In this document: piece by piece, positions 1 through 7,947 of the stretch | How the letters are laid out: every line of letters starts with the position of its first letter | Numbering within the stretch: position 1 is the first letter of the stretch | DNA from: Pseudodesulfovibrio piezophilus C1TLV30 | Lineage (GTDB): Bacteria; Desulfobacterota; Desulfovibrionia; Desulfovibrionales; Desulfovibrionaceae | Assembly (NCBI RefSeq): GCF_000341895.1 | Contig: NC_020409.1 | Coordinates: forward strand, 2,940,001-2,972,000 | Length of the DNA stretch: 32,000 bases | Direction: 5' to 3' | The notes under the pieces: generated by a model | Databases searched by the model: none | What the model was told of the DNA's origin: nothing | Seen by the model: only the letters and a program-made list of their open reading frames with translations | Program-made: the position numbers and the translations under genes

Positions 1-35
1 GAAATTCGCCAGAGCGCGATACAAGGAGAAGTGTC

Positions 36-200
36 ATGCAGGAACGATTTTGCAAGTGCGGTCACAGGCTGAAAGTTCAATACACCCTTGATGGTTTCAT
101 CCCCTGGGAGGCAGTTATCCTCAAAGATGAAAATCTTGTGTCTCCGGTCAAGGTGTGTCCCTGCTGCGGTTCATATCTCAGCATTCATTTCCTCCGATAA
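36..200 (+). CDS. hypothetical small Cys-rich (zinc-ribbon-like) protein, 54 aa
   Basis: Absent from the supplied track because it is under 60 aa. The ATG at 36 is preceded by AAGGAG (23-28) at 7-nt spacing. Hand translation gives MQERFCKCGHRLKVQYTLDGFIPWEAVILKDENLVSPVKVCPCCGSYLSIHFLR, with stop TAA at 198-200. It has two Cys clusters (CxC ... CxCC). No family recognised. Confidence 0.4.
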   Translation: MQERFCKCGHRLKVQYTLDGFIPWEAVILKDENLVSPVKVCPCCGSYLSIHFLR

Positions 201-302
201 TATTGGTAGGCAGATTTTCTTTCCTGACATCATGATTTTCCATGGCGGGCCCGGCCCTACCGGATTCCCTGTCCCGTCAACCCCATCCCTGTTGAGAGCG
301 GG

Positions 303-328
303 CTGAATGGTTCCCCCAAACCGTTCAG
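303..328 (+). terminator. candidate stem-loop downstream of the small ORF
   Basis: ctgaatgg (303-310) pairs with ccgttcag (321-328), giving 8 bp including one G-U pair and a 10-nt loop. It is followed by a moderately T-rich tract, with no clean T-run. Confidence 0.3.
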
Positions 329-603
329 TTCGCTCTGGTCTTTCTGCTGATTCGGCATGTCTTTAAATAAAAACACGCAGCTGTCAGGCTGAGGGTTTTC
401 GCGGAATCTGCTTTTGGTTGCGTACGCAGATATCAAATGAAGCAGGCATTATTCCCTTTCATCTTTTCCTGTACAATTTTCGGCCTGTATAAAGGCTTGG
501 CAGGTATGGGTTTTGTCGAGGAAAAGAAGAATAAAAGAACAGGAGCAACTCCACTGTTGTCTTCTGCTTGCTGCCAGGCGAAAGGAAAAGAGAAAAAGAA
601 AGG

Positions 604-1584
604 TTATTGCCTGAGAGAGTCTGGACCACGCAAAGTCATGCTTTTCGTTCGATTCCTGCCCTGTTGCTTGGCCTGGTAGAGTGCTCTGTCCGCAGCATGG
701 AGGAGATTCTCAGGGGTTGTTTCACAGGCGGGCACACAGGAGGCGACTCCGATGGAAACAGTCACGGCACAACTCACCGACGACTGCGGATGCCTGATAC
801 CCGATTGGGCCAAATTGGCATGTATGGTCTCAGCTACGGCAGATGCTCCCCGGCAGTCTGTGTCCGGGAGGATGACGACAAATTCTTCTCCGCCATAGCG
901 GGCAACCATGTCACCGGGCCTGTGGACTGCATTCTTGATGGCTGCTGCCACGGCGCAGAGACATGTATCCCCATCAACATGACCAAGTGTGTCATTATAG
1001 GATTTGAAGTGGTCGATATCTATCATGATCAGGGCCATGGGCACATCCTGGCGCCCATTGCGTACCCATTCCTTGACGAGTGTGTCATCAAAACAGCGTC
1101 TGTTCGCCAATCCTGTCAGGCCGTCAAGGTTCGTCATTTTTTCAAGTTTATAGGCAAGCGTCTGCAGTTCCTGCTCCCGTTGCCTGCGTTTGGCCATTTC
1201 CCGTTTTAACTGGAGGGCGGAGCGTATCCGTGCTCTTAATTCGATTTTGCTGGGAGGTTTGATGATATAATCCGAAGCTCCGGCAGCAAAAGCCCGATCC
1301 AGATAGGCTTCATCGTCATGGGCGGTGACGATGATCACAGGCGTATCTTCAAACTCATATTGCGATTTGATCGTCAGAGTGGCGGCAATACCGTCTGTTC
1401 CGGGCAGAGATATATCCATGATAATGAGATCAATGGGAATTTCGGTTTTCCGAGAGTCGTTGAGTGCCTGCATGGCCTGTTCAAAATCATGCACTGCGAT
1501 GCTATCCGGGAAACCCGCCTGGTTCAGGACTTCCGAAATGTGCAGCGCGGTAGCGCGACAGTCATCAACGATAAGAATTCTCAT
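604..1584 (-). CDS. response regulator receiver + GGDEF diguanylate cyclase
   Basis: 326-aa ORF. The N-terminal REC domain shows MRILIVDD and the phospho-acceptor context DLIIMDISLPGTDG. A coiled linker follows. The C-terminal GGDEF domain has the active site RYGGEEF and an RxxD I-site (RPGD) exactly five residues upstream. Confidence 0.92.
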   Translation of the reverse strand: MRILIVDDCRATALHISEVLNQAGFPDSIAVHDFEQAMQALNDSRKTEIPIDLIIMDISLPGTDGIAATLTIKSQYEFEDTPVIIVTAHDDEAYLDRAFAAGASDYIIKPPSKIELRARIRSALQLKREMAKRRQREQELQTLAYKLEKMTNLDGLTGLANRRCFDDTLVKEWVRNGRQDVPMALIMIDIDHFKSYNDTLGHVDGDTCLCAVAAAIKNAVHRPGDMVARYGGEEFVVILPDTDCRGASAVAETIHANLAQSGIRHPQSSVSCAVTVSIGVASCVPACETTPENLLHAADRALYQAKQQGRNRTKSMTLRGPDSLRQ

Positions 1585-1844
1585 ATTGGACTCACTTCTA
1601 GCAAAAATCTAGAGTTAAGGCGAGTGACAATTCAGTCAAAGAGGGCTGACAAAAAACGTTGTTTCATTTGTGAGAATGCCCAGCGCTTTTGTTTTAAAAC
1701 TGGTGAATGTTTCTTAATTATAACGTAATACGAGTTGATAATTACAGTTAACCTTTTGCAAAAAAACTTGGGCCAATGTAATGTCTGAGTTGGTTTGGAT
1801 GATTCAGTTCACATTAGAATCCAGTTCATTTATTCGGAGGATCA

Positions 1845-3248
1845 ATGATTCGTCTTATATCTCGCGTGGTTTGCTTTGCTCTCATTGTTTCATTCGTGTG
1901 TTTCTCAGTTGAAGTGCAGGCTGCTGTCACTGAAGGTGCTGACCTGGCAGTATACAACAGTGGGCGTGCTCAGGTCACGGAATCCCGTTCAGTTACTTTA
2001 CCTGAGGGATTGGCAAGTGTTGTTTTCAAGAATGTTCCCATGGCACTGGACCCGACATCCATCAGAGCGGAAGCGGATGGCATGCGTGTTCTTGATGTGG
2101 AATACCACTATCAGCCTGTCAGCCGGAAAAGTTTACTCGACGCCTTCATCGGGAAGGAATTGAATGTGATCATGCCTGATCCTGTCGATGCAAATGCTCG
2201 TATCCTGCGCAAAGCGACACTTCTTTCAAACACGGATGGTCCTGTTTTTCAGGTGGGCAATGAGGTGTATCTCGGTGATTATGATGTCATCATGTTGCCT
2301 GAACTGCCCAAAGGCTCTCGTAATGAGCCGTCCCTGACGTTGACGACCGAGGCTGTTTTGGCTGGCAAGCGTGATGTGCAACTGGAATATTTGATGAGCG
2401 GGTTGAATTGGCAGGCAGATTATGTGCTCGTGACCAATAAGGCTGCTACTGAGGGAGCTTTGGATGCCTGGGCCACGCTGACAAACACTTCCGGACAGGC
2501 CTTTAATGCCGCAGCTCTCAAATTGGTTGCGGGTGAGGTTTATCGGGAGCAGGGAAGGCGAGGAAGCATGCTCAAGTCTGCCATGGTTATGGAGGCTGCT
2601 TCGGGAGCGCCTCAGGGAATGGTACAAGCGGATTTCTCCCAATACCATGTCTATTCTCTTGAGCGCAGAGTCACTCTTGCGTCTTCCGGGACCAAACAAT
2701 TCAATCTGTTCTCCGCTCCACAGGTTTCCATCAAGCAACAGCTTGTGAGCACCTACCACACAGGGAATGGGCTTCGAAATGGCCCTCTTGATCAGAATGT
2801 TGATCTGACCCTGACAATGCACAATACCGCTGAGGCAGGCGCAGGGCATCCCATGCCTGCCGGATTGGTCCGTGTTTTCATGCCCACTTCCGATGAGGAC
2901 CTGTTGCTTGCCGGAGAGTCCCGCATTGGTCATGTCGGGGTCGGGGGCGAGGCTGTGCTGTCATTGGGCACGGCTTTTGATGTCACCGTTCGGCGTACAC
3001 AGAAAGAATTCAAGAAGTTGGGAAAAAATTCGTACGAGGTCTCATGGGATATCGAAATCCAGAATAGTCGCCCGGAAAACCAGTCTATTCTTTTGCGGGA
3101 AACATTTTCCGGTCAATGGGAAATTATCAATTCCAGCAAGGATTTTACACGACCCGATGCCGGGACAATGGAATATGCCCTTGCAGTTCCTCCTATGGCT
3201 GACGGCAAGCCCATGCATGTCGAATACACCGTGCAGGTTACTTATTAG
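1845..3248 (+). CDS. secreted DUF4139/DUF4140-like (MuiA-like) protein
   Basis: 467-aa ORF with GGAGG just upstream of the ATG. The signal peptide is MIRLISRVVCFALIVSFVCFSVEVQA|AV. The N-terminal pattern (LAVYNSGRAQVTESRSVTLPEGLASVVFKNVP..LDPTSIR) and the later LKLVAGEV resemble DUF4140/DUF4139 proteins as I remember them. The family call is unverified. Confidence 0.7.
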   Translation: MIRLISRVVCFALIVSFVCFSVEVQAAVTEGADLAVYNSGRAQVTESRSVTLPEGLASVVFKNVPMALDPTSIRAEADGMRVLDVEYHYQPVSRKSLLDAFIGKELNVIMPDPVDANARILRKATLLSNTDGPVFQVGNEVYLGDYDVIMLPELPKGSRNEPSLTLTTEAVLAGKRDVQLEYLMSGLNWQADYVLVTNKAATEGALDAWATLTNTSGQAFNAAALKLVAGEVYREQGRRGSMLKSAMVMEAASGAPQGMVQADFSQYHVYSLERRVTLASSGTKQFNLFSAPQVSIKQQLVSTYHTGNGLRNGPLDQNVDLTLTMHNTAEAGAGHPMPAGLVRVFMPTSDEDLLLAGESRIGHVGVGGEAVLSLGTAFDVTVRRTQKEFKKLGKNSYEVSWDIEIQNSRPENQSILLRETFSGQWEIINSSKDFTRPDAGTMEYALAVPPMADGKPMHVEYTVQVTY

Positions 3249-3259
3249 GAAGGGATGTC

Positions 3260-4462
3260 ATGTCGGAAATCAAGCATGTTGCATTGAAAACACTCAAGGA
3301 TTTCTATTCGCTCATGGGAGAGACTCGAGCTGTCCGATCTCAGGCGGTTCACGAGATTCTTCAGGGAAGGACTGTGCCGGATTCCATGATACAGTCATTG
3401 AGTCATGCCTTGACTGCTTTGGATGATGTCCCGGAGATTGACGGGAAGCAGGTTCTCTCGCTGACGGGAGACAGGACCATTGAGTTGGAAATGGACTATG
3501 AAATCGATGAATTGAGGAAGGATATCTTCTACCTTGAAGAAGGGGAAGAAACATTCATGGACTTTCTCTCTGATTTGCACCCCGGCTTTGATGATATGAT
3601 TGATGCCGGACATTCGTTGTTGAACGGTCTTGATTTGAATTGCCTGATCACGGATCGGGACGGCACCATCAATAATTATTGTGCACGCTACCTGACTTCC
3701 ATTCAGTCCATATACAATGCAGTCTTTTTGACTCGGTTCGCTCTCAATAATGTCCGTCGTCCGGTGATCCTCACTTCCGCTCCTCTTGGGGGGCTGGTGG
3801 AAATCTCCGTGAACCCCGAAGGTAAAATCTACTACGCCGCTTCAAAAGGGCGCGAGTGCCTGGATCTGGAAGGACGGACCCGGCGTTTGGCTATTTCTGC
3901 CGAGAAGCAGAACGCCATTGATGTGCTTAATGAGCGACTGGAGTCATTGGTACAGAATTCCGAGTATGAAAAATTTACGCTTATCGGGTCCGGCCTGCAA
4001 TTCAAGTTCGGACAGTCAACGATCGCCCGGCAGGACATAGGCCACTCCATTCCCGAAGTCGAATCAAAGGCTTTTTTGGAAATGCTCAAAGATATAGTGA
4101 ATGATTTGGACCCGGATCAGGTCAATTTCAGAATTGAAGACACCGGGTTGGATGTGGAAATTATCCTGACTATCGAAACGGCTGGAGATGGTCTCAAGGA
4201 TTTTGACAAAGGAGACGGGGTCAGATTCCTCAATGACGAGTTGGACCTGGAGATGTTTCGTGGCCCCCATCTTATCTGTGGTGATACAGGGAGCGATGTT
4301 CCCATGCTGGAAGCGGCGCTGGAACTCTCGCCCGAGACAAGAGCAATATACGTGACTGAAAACAAGGACTTGGCCAAACGCATTTCCGGCCTGACAGCCA
4401 ATGCGCTCATTGTGCCCGAGCCCGATATGCTGGTGACCATCATGGGAACTCTTGAACCATGA
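3260..4462 (+). CDS. HAD-IIB-like sugar-phosphate phosphatase with an N-terminal extension of about 130 aa
   Basis: 400-aa ORF starting 12 nt after the preceding stop. HAD motif I is DxDxT (ITDRDGTIN). Motif II is ILTSAP. Motif IV is Cof/T6PP-type GDTGSDVPMLEAA. The substrate cannot be read from the sequence. Confidence 0.7.
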   Translation: MSEIKHVALKTLKDFYSLMGETRAVRSQAVHEILQGRTVPDSMIQSLSHALTALDDVPEIDGKQVLSLTGDRTIELEMDYEIDELRKDIFYLEEGEETFMDFLSDLHPGFDDMIDAGHSLLNGLDLNCLITDRDGTINNYCARYLTSIQSIYNAVFLTRFALNNVRRPVILTSAPLGGLVEISVNPEGKIYYAASKGRECLDLEGRTRRLAISAEKQNAIDVLNERLESLVQNSEYEKFTLIGSGLQFKFGQSTIARQDIGHSIPEVESKAFLEMLKDIVNDLDPDQVNFRIEDTGLDVEIILTIETAGDGLKDFDKGDGVRFLNDELDLEMFRGPHLICGDTGSDVPMLEAALELSPETRAIYVTENKDLAKRISGLTANALIVPEPDMLVTIMGTLEP

Positions 4463-4497
4463 TCTCGACAAGTCAATTCAAGCATTAAGGAGCGACC

Positions 4498-7400
4498 GTG
4501 TCTGCAATTACACTGAAAGGCGTCGTTTTCGATTTGGATGGAGTCATCACCCGGACAGCGAGCGTGCATGCGCAAGCGTGGGAAACGGCTTTCAATGAAT
4601 ACCTCAAACAGGTTGCCGAGGAAAAGAACGTCCCATTCGAACCTTTTGACAGGACGAATGACTACCAAAATTATGTTGACGGCAAACCTCGGTTCGAAGG
4701 TGTACTCAGCTTCATGAAGTCGCGGGGTATCAGGCTTCCCCCCGGAGACCCCGATGACCCGCCAAGTCTCGATTCCATCTGCGGTATCGGCAATCGCAAG
4801 AATGCATTGTATCAGGAGATACTACAGAAGGAAGGCCCGGAGGTCTTTCAGTCCTCCGTGGACTTGATCCATGAATTGAAAAAGCAGGGAGTGCGGGTTG
4901 GTGTTGCGACGTCAAGTCGAAATTGCCAGCTTGTTTTGGAGTTGGCTGGCCTGCAAGATCTTTTTGAGACACAGGTTGATGGTGTCTTCTCGGCTCAGCA
5001 TGAACTGAAAGGAAAACCCGATCCAGATATTTTTGTGGCTGCTGCGCGGAATCTGGGACTGAATCCAGGTGAATGCGTGGTGGTCGAGGATGCCATCTCC
5101 GGGGTGCAGGCCGGTTGCGCAGGAAACTTCGGCCTGACACTCGGTGTCGCCCGGAATGTGCAGGGTGAAATGCTTTTGCGGTTTGGGGCGGATCTTGTGG
5201 TTTCCGATCTGGGTGAAATCACGGTGGACGACCTGCTTGAATGGTTTGAAACCGGTATGGCAACCGATGAGTGGTTCCTGACCTATTCCGGGTTTGATCC
5301 GGGTGATGAGAAATTGCGGGAGACTCTGACAACGGTTGGCAATGGTTATCTTGGAACTCGGGGAGCCTATGAAGCCGAGGAGGCTTCCTTCAATTTCTAC
5401 CCTGGAACCTATATTTCGGGAATTTTCAACAAGACTGCCAGCAAGGTGCATGGTCAGGATGTCTGGAATAATGATTTTGTCAATTGTCCAAACTGGTTGC
5501 CTGTGGAATTCAAGATAGGGAATGGTGAATTCCTCAGTCCGTTATCAATGGAGATATTGAGTTATTCCCACCAGCTCAATATGCGCGAAGGAGCCATGGA
5601 GAGAGATCTCGTGGTCAAGGATCAAGTGGGACGCATTACCCGCATCTCTTCATATCGGCTCGCATCCATGGCTGACCCGCATCTTTGCGCGCTCAAGTTT
5701 GACCTGACTCCACTCAATTATTCAGCCAAGATAACTTTCCGTTCATCTTTGGACGGTAATGTCGAGAATGGTGGAGTGGCGCGGTATTCAGCCTTGAATA
5801 CGCATCACTTGGCGAGGGTTTCCGGTGGAAAGGCGCCGGATGGAATATTCCTTCATATGGAGACAACTCATTCGCGTTATCAGATTGTCATGGCTTCCAA
5901 AGTGACCCTTCTGGAGGATGGAAAAGCTCTTAATGTGCGTAAGGAAGTTGTGCAGGAGCGAGCCAAGGTCTCGGAAGAGATGAAAGTCTCAGCCAAGGCC
6001 AATAATCGATATTCACTGGAGAAATTTGTCTACATTCGGACATCGCTGGATAAGACCCCAGGTGATTTGAAGGAAATGTGCCTCGATAGTCTGGCCAAGG
6101 TCCGAACCTTCCAGGGCGTTTACGGACCTCATGTCAAGAGCTGGAAGGCGCTGTGGCAGAAAGCCGATATTCGCGTGACTGGCGACCGTTTTGTTCAGCG
6201 TGTGCTTCGTTTGCATATCTATCATCTGCTGGTTACGGCCAGTCCGCACAATGTGGATCGGGACGCTGGAATGCCTGCCCGTGGCCTGAGTGGAGAGGCG
6301 TATCGTGGTCATATCTTCTGGGATGAATTATATATTCAGCCATTCTTTGATTCCAATTTTCCGGATATATCCAAGGCATTGTTGATGTATCGGTACAATC
6401 GTCTTGATGCGGCCAGGGAATATGCCCGGGAAAATGGGTACATCGGTGCCATGTATCCATGGCAGACTGCGGATGATGGCACTGAAGAGACGCAGGAAGT
6501 GCATTACAATCCCGAGTCCAAGCAATGGGACCCGGATTTGTCCCGGAATCAGCGTCATGTTTCCATCGCAGTCTTTGTCAATGCATGGCGCTATGTGTCC
6601 TGGACCGGCGACAAATCCTTCCTTAAGGACTATGGGGCTGAGATGATGCTCGATATAGCTCGCTTCTGGGGTGGAATTGCCGAATATGACGCAAAAACCG
6701 ACAAATATCATATAGAAGGGATCATGGGGCCGGACGAGTTTCATGAAGCGCTTCCCGGGAGTGATAAACATGGTATCAAGGACAATGCGTACACGAATAT
6801 AATGGTTGTCTGGCTGCTTGAGAAGGCTCTGATGATTCTCAAGGAGTTGCCTCCCAAGGCCCGCAAGGATGTTGTCGGAAAGATTGGACTTGGCGATGAG
6901 GAAATTGCCAAGTGGGAAGACATGCTCACCAAGCTCAACGTTATACTGACAGACGATGGAATCGTCAGTCAATTTGAAGGGTATATGGAACTGGATGAGC
7001 TTGATTGGGAGGGGTACCGCAAACGTTTCTATTCCATTCATCGAATGGATCGAATCCTCAAGGCCGAAGGGGATTCGCCGGATCATTACAAGGTGGCAAA
7101 GCAGGCTGACACGTTGATGGCCTGGTATGTTCTGGAACCGGAAGAGGTCGCTCGTATCCTTGAGCAGCTTGGCTATGCAGTGGAAAACCCACTTGATTTG
7201 CTCAAGAAAAATTATGATTTCTATGAGCAACGCACCAGCCATGGGTCGACCCTGTCCAAGGTCGTTCACGCGGTTATCGCCAAATATATCTATTCCAGTG
7301 ATATCTGCTGGGATTGGTTCATGGAGGCCATGCACAGCGATATCGAGGATACGCAGGGCGGGACGACAATTGAAGGGATACATACTGGTGTGATGGCCGG

Positions 7401-7659
7401 GACATTGGAGGTTATCAAACAGGATTTCGCCGGGCTGAACATGTCTTCGACCCCGATGAAGGTCGATCCGGATCTTCCCGAACATTGGGGGGAAATGCGG
7501 TTCAGCTTCATTTGGCAGAGTATCTGGTTTGACCTCGTCATTGATCAGGACAGGGTAAATATGACTGCCTATCACAAGGGTGACAAGGTTGTCCCTGTGG
7601 AAATATTTGGCAAGGAGTATCAACTCAAGCCGGGGATGACTGTGGAAGCCAGACGATAA
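4498..7659 (+). CDS. beta-phosphoglucomutase (HAD-IA) fused to a glycoside hydrolase family 65 disaccharide phosphorylase
   Basis: 1053-aa ORF with a GTG start at 4498 and AAGGAG (4487-4492) 5 nt upstream. The N-terminal ~240 aa carry the beta-PGM motifs VVFDLDGVIT, GVATSS, KGKPDPDIF and VEDAISGVQAG. The remainder is GH65-like, with TVGNGYLGTRGAYEAEEA, GLSGEAYRGHIFWDELYIQPFF and YRYNRLDAAREYARENGYIGAMYPWQ. Confidence 0.9.
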   Translation: MSAITLKGVVFDLDGVITRTASVHAQAWETAFNEYLKQVAEEKNVPFEPFDRTNDYQNYVDGKPRFEGVLSFMKSRGIRLPPGDPDDPPSLDSICGIGNRKNALYQEILQKEGPEVFQSSVDLIHELKKQGVRVGVATSSRNCQLVLELAGLQDLFETQVDGVFSAQHELKGKPDPDIFVAAARNLGLNPGECVVVEDAISGVQAGCAGNFGLTLGVARNVQGEMLLRFGADLVVSDLGEITVDDLLEWFETGMATDEWFLTYSGFDPGDEKLRETLTTVGNGYLGTRGAYEAEEASFNFYPGTYISGIFNKTASKVHGQDVWNNDFVNCPNWLPVEFKIGNGEFLSPLSMEILSYSHQLNMREGAMERDLVVKDQVGRITRISSYRLASMADPHLCALKFDLTPLNYSAKITFRSSLDGNVENGGVARYSALNTHHLARVSGGKAPDGIFLHMETTHSRYQIVMASKVTLLEDGKALNVRKEVVQERAKVSEEMKVSAKANNRYSLEKFVYIRTSLDKTPGDLKEMCLDSLAKVRTFQGVYGPHVKSWKALWQKADIRVTGDRFVQRVLRLHIYHLLVTASPHNVDRDAGMPARGLSGEAYRGHIFWDELYIQPFFDSNFPDISKALLMYRYNRLDAAREYARENGYIGAMYPWQTADDGTEETQEVHYNPESKQWDPDLSRNQRHVSIAVFVNAWRYVSWTGDKSFLKDYGAEMMLDIARFWGGIAEYDAKTDKYHIEGIMGPDEFHEALPGSDKHGIKDNAYTNIMVVWLLEKALMILKELPPKARKDVVGKIGLGDEEIAKWEDMLTKLNVILTDDGIVSQFEGYMELDELDWEGYRKRFYSIHRMDRILKAEGDSPDHYKVAKQADTLMAWYVLEPEEVARILEQLGYAVENPLDLLKKNYDFYEQRTSHGSTLSKVVHAVIAKYIYSSDICWDWFMEAMHSDIEDTQGGTTIEGIHTGVMAGTLEVIKQDFAGLNMSSTPMKVDPDLPEHWGEMRFSFIWQSIWFDLVIDQDRVNMTAYHKGDKVVPVEIFGKEYQLKPGMTVEARR

Positions 7660-7738
7660 GAGTTGGAAGAATGAAAACGGCCTGAACGAAAATGTCGTCA
7701 GGCCAAGGCATTTCCCGTTCATGTTGACGAATACATGG

Positions 7739-7772
7739 AATCCCCCGGAAGCAGATGTCTCCGGGGGATTTT
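7739..7772 (+). terminator. Rho-independent terminator in a convergent gap
   Basis: aatcccccgga (7739-7749) pairs with tccgggggatt (7760-7770) across a 10-nt loop, followed by TTTTAGTT. A second GC-rich hairpin, ggcctga/tcaggcc at 7679-7704, lies 20 nt after the GH65 stop. Confidence 0.65.
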
Positions 7773-7947
7773 AGTTGGGAAAATATTTTCCATACTGTCT
7801 ACTTTCCCATCGAAGGCGAAGGGGACAGGGGATAGCCTTTACGCCATCGGAGACAAAGTCTCCCGACGGCTCCGTCGCTGACGGTTTTTCCTTCTGCCTC
7901 CCCATTGATGAAAAACGTCTTGCGTTCAGGTGTTTTTTTCTAATCTT

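Noticed and set aside
437-679. 80-aa ORF in the 400-bp gap between the small Cys-rich ORF and the GGDEF gene
   Set aside because: It has no RBS, a Lys-rich low-complexity tail derived from a purine tract, and it overlaps the 3' end of the GGDEF gene. The gap otherwise shows only weak hairpins.
568-1209. 213-aa + strand ORF; similar antisense ORFs occur at 18614-19342, 28350-29108, 2226-2933, 10557-11117 and 12479-13180
   Set aside because: Each lies inside and opposite a confidently identified gene (GGDEF, glnS, T1SS ABC, DUF4139-like, ychF, aldolase). None shows any motifs. They are treated as shadow ORFs.
6328-7722. 464-aa ORF on the minus strand, the longest unexplained ORF in the track
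   Set aside because: It is entirely antisense to the GH65 coding region, which has unmistakable family motifs. It has no recognisable domain and no RBS, and its composition is typical of a shadow frame.
7821-7847. Shared G-rich intergenic string GGGGACAG...ACGCCAT, also present at 16209-16227, considered as a dispersed repeat (REP-like)
   Set aside because: Only an 8-mer and a 7-mer match, with different spacing (12 nt against 4 nt). Two copies are too few and too short to separate from chance in purine-rich spacers. It would need a whole-genome count.
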